A stretch of 64,000 bases of DNA from an uncultured delta proteobacterium. Its GTDB lineage: Bacteria; Myxococcota; UBA727; VGSZ01. The stretch covers positions 256,001-320,000 of the forward strand of contig CAVZJB010000003.1 in the NCBI GenBank assembly GCA_963775425.1. Reading direction: 5' to 3'. This document shows, piece after piece, positions 56,747-64,000 of this stretch. The notes under the pieces are model-generated. The model was not told the origin of the DNA. It saw only the letters and a list, made by a program, of their open reading frames with translations, and searched no databases. Position numbers and translations under genes: made by a program. Within the stretch, counting starts at the first letter, position 1. Every line of letters begins with the position of its first letter.

Positions 56747-57577
56747 TCAGGCGACGAGGAACGGGCCCTCCCGCCGCAGGAGCCCCTTGACCTCCAGGCG
56801 CGCCGCCTCGCCGAGCAGGGCCGGCACGCCCAGCCGCGTGGCCCGGGCCGCCTCTTCGACGAGGAGGCGGCCGCCCGCGGCCCGGATCGCCCGGACAACA
56901 GGACCGTGGTCCTCCTCCGGCGCCGGCCGCCCGGCGATGCGCTCGGCCGCCAGCCAGGGCAGGAGCACCCGCGCTTTGCCCTGCTCGACGAGCCGGCAGG
57001 GCACGTACGAGGCCGGCGTGGTCCCGCAGCACGCCCACAGCCGGACCCCGAGGGAGCCCGCCGCCCTGGCGGTGTACAGGGTGCCCGACTGCTCGCGGCC
57101 CTCCACCACGACGACGTCGTCGGCGAGGGCGGCGATGAAGTGGTTGCGGGCGGCGAACAGCGCCCGGTGATGGGGCACCTCGGGCCCGAACGGCGTGAGC
57201 GCGAGCGCGCGATCGCGGGCCGGGTCGAACGCCGCCCGCATCCAGGAGCGCCGCGTGTCGTGGCGCGAGGCGGGGTCGCCGAGGACCGCCACGGTCTTGC
57301 CGCCGGCGCGCAGGGCCGCGAGGTGCGCCTCGCGATCGACACCGACGGCGCCGCCGGAGATCACGGTCACCCCCACCGCCGCGAGCTGCCGCGCGATCTC
57401 CCGCGCGGCCTGGAGCCCGGCGGCGGTGGCCAGGCGCGCGCCGACAATCGCCACCGCCGGCCGCGCCTCCCGCAGGTCGAGCCCGCCGCGCGCCCAGGCC
57501 CGGGCGAGCTGCGGGGGGCGGACGGCGAGGAGGCCGAGGCGATCGCCTTCGAGGACATGGAGCGGTTCGGGGCCCAT
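56747..57577 (-). CDS. dprA: DNA-processing protein DprA (start uncertain)
   Basis: AIVGAR, ISGGAVGVDREAH, FAARN..IAAL, SGTLYTA. Confidence 0.88.
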   Translation of the reverse strand: MGPEPLHVLEGDRLGLLAVRPPQLARAWARGGLDLREARPAVAIVGARLATAAGLQAAREIARQLAAVGVTVISGGAVGVDREAHLAALRAGGKTVAVLGDPASRHDTRRSWMRAAFDPARDRALALTPFGPEVPHHRALFAARNHFIAALADDVVVVEGREQSGTLYTARAAGSLGVRLWACCGTTPASYVPCRLVEQGKARVLLPWLAAERIAGRPAPEEDHGPVVRAIRAAGGRLLVEEAARATRLGVPALLGEAARLEVKGLLRREGPFLVA

Positions 57578-57772
57578 ACGAGGACATCCGCCCGAGCCCG
57601 TCCCGATTTGCGTTCCGAGGCTTGGCGGGCCAGATCCCGAGCGCGTCGCCGCGGACGACGACGGCCCGGGTGCGGGGCGGCGGCGCGCCCTCGCGGTTCG
57701 AGCTCGAGCGTCGCCCGAGCTTCAGATTTGGCCGGATGCCAATAAATATCAGCGGGATATCGGAGGAGCCTC

Positions 57773-59110
57773 GTGGAGATTCTCGTTATCGGAGGGGGCC
57801 TGGCCGGCTGCGAAGCGGCGTTTCAGCTCGCCCGGCGCGGCCACGCCGTCACCCTCCGCGAGCAGAAGCCCGCCCGCCGGACGCCGGCGCAGACGAGCGA
57901 TCGCCTGGCCGAGCTCGTGTGCAGCAACTCCTTCCGCTCGCAGAACCCGGAAAATGCCGTCGGCCTGCTCAAGGAGGAGATGCGGCGGCTCGACTCGTTC
58001 CTGCTCGCCTGCGCCGATGAAGCCAAGGTGCCGGCGGGCGACGCCCTCGCGGTGGACCGGGAGCGCTTCGCCGAGCGGGTGGAGCGCGGCATCCGCGCGA
58101 AGGCCACCGTGGTCGCCGGGGAGGTCACGGCGCTCCCCGACGGCCCCGCCCTCGTCGCGACCGGTCCCCTCACGAGCGACGCCCTCGCAGCCGCGATCGC
58201 GGAGGCCTGCGGCAAGGACCGCCTGGCGTTCTACGACGCCATCGCGCCCATCGTGGAGGCCGACTCCATCGACATGGATCACGCCTACGCCATGTCCCGC
58301 TGGAACAAGGGCGACGGCGACGACTACCTCAACTGCGCGCTCGACAAAGAGCAATACGAGGTGTTCCTCGCCGCCCTCCTCGAGGCCGATCGCGTGCACG
58401 CCAAGGACTTCGAGGCGCTGCACTACTTCGAGGGCTGCCTGCCGCTCGAAGTGATGGCGGAGCGCGGCCCCGACACCCTGCGCTTCGGCCCGTTCAAGCC
58501 CGTCGGCCTCGAGCACCCGATCACCGGCAAGCGCGCGTGGGCCGTCATCCAGCTCAGGAAGGAAGACGTGCACGGCACCGCCTACAACCTCGTCGGCTGC
58601 CAGACCCGGCTGCTGCAGCCGGCGCAGCGGGCGGTGTTCGCGCTCGTGCCGGCGCTGAAGGAGGCGCGCTTCCTGCGCTACGGCGCCATCCACAGGAACA
58701 CGTACCTCGACGCGCCCGCGGTGCTCGACGAGGTCAACCGCCTGAAGGGCCGCGATCGGCTGTTCTTCGCCGGACAGATCACCGGCGTCGAGGGCTACGT
58801 CGAATCCACGGCGTCCGGTCTGTTGACCGCCTTGGCGATGGCCGACGTCCTCGAGGGTCGCGCGTTCGTCCCGCCGCCCGCGACCACGGCCCTCGGCGGG
58901 CTGTGGCGCCACGCGCGCGGGACGATGCTCGCCCACGACGACTACCAGCCGTCGAACGTGACGTGGTCGATGATCCCGCCGCTCACGGACGACGGCGCGA
59001 TCGCGGCCGCCTCCGGCGCCAAGAAGAAGAAGCTGCCCAAGGCCGAGAAGCGCCGCCTGCTCGTGGAGCGGGCGCGCCGGGATCTCGAGAGCTGGATCGC
59101 TTCCCGCTAG
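57773..59110 (+). CDS. trmFO: Folate/FAD-dependent tRNA m5U54 methyltransferase
   Basis: [43 protein letters not shown]. Confidence 0.96.
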   Translation: MEILVIGGGLAGCEAAFQLARRGHAVTLREQKPARRTPAQTSDRLAELVCSNSFRSQNPENAVGLLKEEMRRLDSFLLACADEAKVPAGDALAVDRERFAERVERGIRAKATVVAGEVTALPDGPALVATGPLTSDALAAAIAEACGKDRLAFYDAIAPIVEADSIDMDHAYAMSRWNKGDGDDYLNCALDKEQYEVFLAALLEADRVHAKDFEALHYFEGCLPLEVMAERGPDTLRFGPFKPVGLEHPITGKRAWAVIQLRKEDVHGTAYNLVGCQTRLLQPAQRAVFALVPALKEARFLRYGAIHRNTYLDAPAVLDEVNRLKGRDRLFFAGQITGVEGYVESTASGLLTALAMADVLEGRAFVPPPATTALGGLWRHARGTMLAHDDYQPSNVTWSMIPPLTDDGAIAAASGAKKKKLPKAEKRRLLVERARRDLESWIASR

Positions 59111-59119
59111 CATGAGCGG

Positions 59120-60043
59120 GTGACCCCCGACGCCTCGTTCGACGCCGCCGTCCACAGCTACCTCACGCACCTCGAGCACGTGAAGCGCGCGAGCCCCCAC
59201 ACGCTCAAGAACTACGGGCGCGACCTCCTGCAACTGCGCACGTTCCTCGCGGACAAGAAGCACAAGGCGCTCGGGGACCTGAAAAAGCTCGACGTCATCG
59301 CCCTGCGCGGCTTCCTCGCCGAGCGCCACCGGCTCGACGCGACGACGTCGGTGCTCCGAAAGCTCTCCTGTATCCGCGGCTTCCTCAAGCACGCCAAGAA
59401 GGACAAGCGCATCGTGCAGTCGCCGGCGGCGCTCCTCGATTCGCCGAAGCGGCCGAAGTCGCTGCCGAAGACGGTGTCGGTGGAGGAGGCGTCTGCGCTG
59501 TGCGACGGGGGCGACAGCGAGCGGGATCGCGCCGTCGTGGAGCTGCTGTACGGCGCCGGGCTGCGTGTGAGCGAGCTGTGCGGCCTCGACGTCGACGACG
59601 TCGCGTTCGGCCCGGGCGGCGCCGCGGACGGCGGGCACTGGGTGCGCGTGCTCGGCAAGGGCAACAAGGAGCGCCTGGTCCCGTTCCACGACCGCTGCGC
59701 CGAAGCCCTGCGCACGTGGCTCGCGGTGCGCCACCGCTTCGCCATCGAGCAGAGCGGTGACGCGCTCTTCCTCGGCAAGCGCGGCAAGCGGTTGCACGAC
59801 GCCGAGGTGCGCCGCTTCCTCGCGCGCCTCGGGCTCGAGGTCGGCGCGCGGGGCCGCGTCCACCCGCACAAGCTGCGGCACGCCTTCGCCACGCACCTGC
59901 TCGAGGGCGGCGCCAATCTGCGAGGCATCCAGGAGCTGCTCGGCCACGCGAGCCTCTCGACCACGCAGCGCTACACGCACGTCGACGTCGCGCGCCTCAC
60001 CAAGGTCTACGACGCCGCCCATCCCCGCGCCCGCGCCGACTGA
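59120..60043 (+). CDS. xerC: Tyrosine recombinase XerC
   Basis: GLRVSEL, GKGNKER, HPHKLRHAFATHLL, LGHASLSTTQRYTHV; position after trmFO. Confidence 0.9.
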   Translation: MTPDASFDAAVHSYLTHLEHVKRASPHTLKNYGRDLLQLRTFLADKKHKALGDLKKLDVIALRGFLAERHRLDATTSVLRKLSCIRGFLKHAKKDKRIVQSPAALLDSPKRPKSLPKTVSVEEASALCDGGDSERDRAVVELLYGAGLRVSELCGLDVDDVAFGPGGAADGGHWVRVLGKGNKERLVPFHDRCAEALRTWLAVRHRFAIEQSGDALFLGKRGKRLHDAEVRRFLARLGLEVGARGRVHPHKLRHAFATHLLEGGANLRGIQELLGHASLSTTQRYTHVDVARLTKVYDAAHPRARAD

Positions 60044-60099
60044 GCGATAGGCGCGACCCGTGTTGCCTCGGGCCCGGGCCGCGGGTACGAGCCGCGCCC

Positions 60100-61011
60100 A
60101 TGAAACGCTCTCTCCTCGTCACCCTCGCCGGCGCCGCGCTCTCTTTATCGTGCGCCACCACCCACGAAGCCCACTGGGAGGACAAGCCCGTGGCCAAGCA
60201 GGCCAGCGCGGACGACGCACAGAAGGCGGGCTCCGTCGTCTCCGAGGGAGACGCGCTGTGGGCCGAGCGCGGAGACAAGGCCAAGCTGACGGCGGCCATC
60301 GCCAAGTGGGAGGAGGCGGCCAAGGTCGAGGTCACCGCCGACCTCGCGGTGAAGCTCTCGCGCGGCCACTATTTCCTCGGCGACGGCTACTACGCCCTCG
60401 AGGAGAACCTCGAGCAGCGCGACGCCGAGTACCAAAAGGGCCTCGACTGGGCCACGCAGGCGCTCAAGCTCGCCGCGCCCGACTTCGCCGCCGCCATGGC
60501 GTCGGGCAAGCGCCACGCCGAGGCCATCAAGCTCGCGCCCAAGGATGCCGTGCCCGCGATGTACTGGTACTCGTCCAACCTCGGAAAGTGGGCGGTGAGC
60601 AAGGGCTTCACCACGGTCCTCAAGTACAAGGACGACATCAAGGCCACCATGGAGCACGTGAAGGCGCTCGACCCCGAGTATTTCTACGCGGGCCCCTGGC
60701 GCTACTTCGGCGCGTACGAGGCGCGCACCGCGGGTATCGCCGGCGGAGACCTCGGCCGCAGCAAGGACGACTTCCAAAAGGCCGTGCAGCTCGCGCCCAA
60801 TTACCTCGGCACCAAGGTGCTCTGGGCCGAGTACCTCTGCGTGAAGCACCAGAAGGCCGACGACCCGGACGGCCGCGTCCAGTTCAAGAAGCTCCTCGAG
60901 GAGGTGATCGCCGCCGACGCCAACGTCGACCCGGCCATCGCCGCCGAAAACGCCATCGAGCAGCAGAAGGCCAAGAAGCTGCTCGCCAAGATGGCCGACC
61001 TCTTCTCCTGA
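60100..61011 (+). CDS. TRAP transporter T component (TatT-like TPR lipoprotein)
   Basis: SLSC lipobox; LDPEYFYAGP...AGGD...F.KA; directly upstream of dctP. Confidence 0.8.
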   Translation: MKRSLLVTLAGAALSLSCATTHEAHWEDKPVAKQASADDAQKAGSVVSEGDALWAERGDKAKLTAAIAKWEEAAKVEVTADLAVKLSRGHYFLGDGYYALEENLEQRDAEYQKGLDWATQALKLAAPDFAAAMASGKRHAEAIKLAPKDAVPAMYWYSSNLGKWAVSKGFTTVLKYKDDIKATMEHVKALDPEYFYAGPWRYFGAYEARTAGIAGGDLGRSKDDFQKAVQLAPNYLGTKVLWAEYLCVKHQKADDPDGRVQFKKLLEEVIAADANVDPAIAAENAIEQQKAKKLLAKMADLFS

Positions 61012-61024
61012 GCCGGAGGCACCC

Positions 61025-61996
61025 GTGATCGCGCTTGCAATGTTGGCGTTCGTCGCCCACGCCGACCCCGTCGTCGTCAAGGTCGGCTCGGTGGCGCCGG
61101 AGGGCACCCCGTGGGCGGAGTGGCTCGACTCCGTGAAGACCCGCATCGAGACCGACACCAAGGGGGGCGTCAAGCTCCGCCTGTTCCTCTCCGGCAAGCT
61201 GGGCGGCGAAAAGGAGATGGTCGAGGACACCAAGAAGGGAACGCTGCAGATGTTCGGCGGCTCCGTCGGCGCGCTCGCCTCGCAGCACGTCCCCGAGCTG
61301 AACGTGTTCGAGCTTCCGTTCCTGTTCACCTCGGACGCCGAGGCCGACTACGTGATGAACAAGGTGCGCCCGGAGGTCACCAAGCTCCTGTCGGACCGCG
61401 GCTTCGTCATGGTGATGTGGGCCGAGAACGGCTGGCACGGCTACGGCGTCAAGGGCAAGTGCATCGAGAAGCTCGAGGACATGAAGGGAAAGAAGATGCG
61501 CTCGCAGGAGAGCATCATCCACCTCGAGACCTACCGCGCCCTGGGGGCGTCGCCGGTGGAGATGGGCGTGCCCGACGTCCTTTCTGCGCTGCAGACGGGC
61601 ACCGTCGACGGCTACTCCAACACGCCGCTCTTCTCGTTCGCCACGTCCTGGTACTCGGGCATCGACAGCTACACGTACACCAAGCACATCTATCAGCCGG
61701 CGCTCATCGTCCTTTCCAAGAAGTGGTTCGACAAGCTGCCCAAGGATCTGCAGGCAGAGCTCACAAAGAGCGACGAGGAGAGGAAGGGCTTCGAGCTCGT
61801 GCGCGGGCTCACCGGTCCGCTCCTCGAGAACTTCAAGGCCGCGGGCAAGAAGGTGTGCACGCTGTCGCCCGCGGAGCAGAAGCGCTTCGCCGACGCCACC
61901 CACGGCGTCTGGGACGTCTACGCAAAGAAGTCCAAGGCCAACAAGAAGCTCCTGAGCGCGGTCCTCGCGGCCAAGGCTGAGTTCGCAAAGAAGTGA
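61025..61996 (+). CDS. dctP: TRAP solute-binding protein
   Basis: GSVAPEGTPW, LPFLF, KGKKMR, ALQTGTVDG. Confidence 0.92.
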   Translation: MIALAMLAFVAHADPVVVKVGSVAPEGTPWAEWLDSVKTRIETDTKGGVKLRLFLSGKLGGEKEMVEDTKKGTLQMFGGSVGALASQHVPELNVFELPFLFTSDAEADYVMNKVRPEVTKLLSDRGFVMVMWAENGWHGYGVKGKCIEKLEDMKGKKMRSQESIIHLETYRALGASPVEMGVPDVLSALQTGTVDGYSNTPLFSFATSWYSGIDSYTYTKHIYQPALIVLSKKWFDKLPKDLQAELTKSDEERKGFELVRGLTGPLLENFKAAGKKVCTLSPAEQKRFADATHGVWDVYAKKSKANKKLLSAVLAAKAEFAKK

Positions 61997-62844
61997 TGAG
62001 CGCCGTCGACGACGCCGTCGCCCGCGTCGAGCGCTGGCTCATCCTCGCGTGCGTCGCGGGCATGACGGTGCTCGTCGGCGCCGACGTGGTGCAGCGGACG
62101 TTCTCGCGCCCCGTCGGCAAGACCGAGGAATTCCTGCGCTTCGTCTCGCACGGCGCCGTCGGCCACGGTGCGGCAAACGCGGTGTTCGGCGCCTTCGCGC
62201 TCGTCTTCTTCGTCTTCGCCGCCCACGCCTCGCGCCAGGTCACCGCGGAGCGCAGCGGCCACCCGCCGCCGAAGCTGCTCGGCTCGTCCGTGCTCGGCGT
62301 TGCGGCGCTCGTCGTGGTGCTCGCGGCGGTGAAGGCGCTCTTGTGGGCGTTTCCGTCGTCGGTGCCCGGCGCGCAGAAGTTCGCGCTCGGCCTCATGCTG
62401 TGGGCGGGCATGCTCGGCGCGTCGATGGCGACGCGCGAGCGGCGCCACATCGTGCTCGACGCCGTCACCAAGAAGCTCGACGCCGCCGCGCGGCGGCCGT
62501 TCGCGCTTTTGTCGGGGGCCGCGACGGCGGCGTTTTGCCTGTTCGTCTCGTACCTCGGCTTCGTGCAGGTGGCCGGCGAGATCCGCGAGTGGGCCACGCA
62601 TGAGGGCACCGGCCTGTACGAGTCGCTGCCCATCCCGACGTGGATCGCCACCCTGGCCATCCCGGTGTCGTTCTTCTTGATGGGGGCGCGCTTCCTCGCC
62701 TACGCGGTGCGCGACTTCCGTCATGGCCCGCCGGCGCCGCCGAGCGAGGCCGCCGCCGAGGAAGCGCTGGCCGCCGCCCGAGGCGCCGAGACGCCCGCGG
62801 CCGCCCCCTCGGGCGCCGCCGGCGGTGGGGCGGGTGCGCCGTGA
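61996..62844 (+). CDS. dctQ: TRAP small permease (extended)
   Basis: LWAGMLGASMATRERRHI..D; hydrophobic helices. Confidence 0.85.
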   Translation: MSAVDDAVARVERWLILACVAGMTVLVGADVVQRTFSRPVGKTEEFLRFVSHGAVGHGAANAVFGAFALVFFVFAAHASRQVTAERSGHPPPKLLGSSVLGVAALVVVLAAVKALLWAFPSSVPGAQKFALGLMLWAGMLGASMATRERRHIVLDAVTKKLDAAARRPFALLSGAATAAFCLFVSYLGFVQVAGEIREWATHEGTGLYESLPIPTWIATLAIPVSFFLMGARFLAYAVRDFRHGPPAPPSEAAAEEALAAARGAETPAAAPSGAAGGGAGAP

Positions 62845-64000
62845 GCGCGCTCGCGATCACCAACGCCGTCCTCCTTGTGCTGAACGTCGCGCTCGCCGTG
62901 GGCGCCTACCGCAAGCGCAAGGTGGGGCTCGTGGTCTGGCTCGCCATCACGGCGGCTGCGTTCTTGTTCGCCGGCAAGACCGGCTTCCTCGTCATCGGCA
63001 CCATCACGGCGGCGCTCCTGCTGGGGACGCCGCTGTTCGCGCTGATGGGCACGCTCGGCATCCTGCTGCTGATCCATGTGTCGGGGCTGTCGTCGGTGAA
63101 CGACCTCACGGAGGTGCCGCGCAAGCTCCTCGAGCTCGCCAACAAAGAGGTCCTGCTCGCCATCCCCTTCTTCGTCGTCGCCGGCGAGCTGATGACCCAG
63201 GGGACGCTGGCGCGCCGCCTCGTCGACGTCATGCGCGCGCTGTTCGGCTTCGTTCCCGGCGGCCTCGCGGTTTCGGCGGTGGGCGGGTGCGTGTTCTTCG
63301 CGGCCATCTCGGGGAGCTCGCCGGTCACGGTGGTCGCCATCGGCAGCATCATGGTGCCGGCGCTCGTGAAGGCGAAGTACCCCGACGGGTTCGCCATCGG
63401 CCTGCTGACGTCGTCGGGCTCGCTCGGCATCCTCATCCCGCCGTCCATCCCGATGATCGTGTACTCGATCATGGTCTCGTCGACGTCGCCGGTGGATCCC
63501 ACCGACCTCTTCCTCGCCGGCGTCGTCCCCGGGATGCTCATCGGCGCGCTGCTGGCGGGCTACGCCATCGCCGTCGGCGCCCTCAAGAAGATCCCGCGCG
63601 AGCCCTTCTCCTGGGCGACGCTGAAGCTCGCCGTCCGTCGCGGCGTGTGGTCGCTGCTCCTGCCGGTGATCATCCTCGGCGGCATCTACTCGGGCGTGTT
63701 CACGGCCACCGAGGCCGCGGCGGTGAGCGTCATCTACGCGCTCGCCGTGGAGCTGTTCGTCCACAAGGAGCTCGACGGGAAGAAGCTCGTCAACGTGGCC
63801 ACGACCTCGATGACGGTGATGGGCTCGCTGTTCGTCATCATCGCGCTCGCCACCGCCCTCAACTACTTCCTCGTCCTCGAGGGCGTGCCCGACATGATGG
63901 TGGACTGGCTGAGGTCGTTCGACCTCGACCGAGGCACGTTCCTGCTGCTCTTGAACGTGCTGTTGCTCGCCGTCGGCTGCTTCATGGACATCATGAGCGC
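62841..64000 (+). CDS. dctM: TRAP large permease, truncated by the window edge
   Basis: Own translation from GTG 62841: LLAIPFFVVAGELM...FAAISGSS...SGSLGILIPPSIPMIVY...GGIYSGVFTATEAA. Confidence 0.93.
   Translation, partial: MSALAITNAVLLVLNVALAVGAYRKRKVGLVVWLAITAAAFLFAGKTGFLVIGTITAALLLGTPLFALMGTLGILLLIHVSGLSSVNDLTEVPRKLLELANKEVLLAIPFFVVAGELMTQGTLARRLVDVMRALFGFVPGGLAVSAVGGCVFFAAISGSSPVTVVAIGSIMVPALVKAKYPDGFAIGLLTSSGSLGILIPPSIPMIVYSIMVSSTSPVDPTDLFLAGVVPGMLIGALLAGYAIAVGALKKIPREPFSWATLKLAVRRGVWSLLLPVIILGGIYSGVFTATEAAAVSVIYALAVELFVHKELDGKKLVNVATTSMTVMGSLFVIIALATALNYFLVLEGVPDMMVDWLRSFDLDRGTFLLLLNVLLLAVGCFMDIMS

Noticed and set aside
59120-60043. Prophage or island integrase
   Set aside because: Sequence and position after trmFO fit housekeeping XerC; no phage genes are nearby.

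Overview
High-GC bacterial chromosomal segment. Gene content (Cys-rich lipoproteins, MCP-less chemosensory cluster, zinc-ribbon/glyA/nrdR/ribD, dprA/trmFO/xerC) suggests Myxococcota or a related deltaproteobacterial lineage; this is inference, not a database result. The first ~5.6 kb looks like the right end of an accessory island. It holds a disrupted NACHT/STAND-like NTPase, an HNH nuclease, a frameshifted REP-associated tyrosine transposase (RAYT) with flanking REPs, and a DUF433/DUF5615 toxin-antitoxin pair. Most of these modules are separated by a recurring direct-repeat site (GTTCG-N12-CCGGGCGC, 5 copies) that resembles a tRNA T-loop/acceptor 3' end. A 104-bp tandem array follows, each unit carrying a tRNA 3'-end-like fragment. 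This cassette-like architecture is the best candidate for an undescribed system. The rest is mostly core genome: glyA-nrdR-ribD, two Cys-rich lipoproteins (one with poly-GE tracts), an MCP-less che cluster with an ExeA-like ATPase and a HEAT-CheR fusion, a large zinc metalloprotease, a repeat/LprI-like protein, fatty-acid beta-oxidation genes, prlC, an orphan arsA, an M1+M28+PDZ peptidase, a BamA-like protein, a short RecA paralogue, CGL/CBS, rsmJ, dprA, trmFO, xerC and a TatT-type TRAP transporter running off the right edge. All calls are by motif recognition without tools, and start codons are best estimates.
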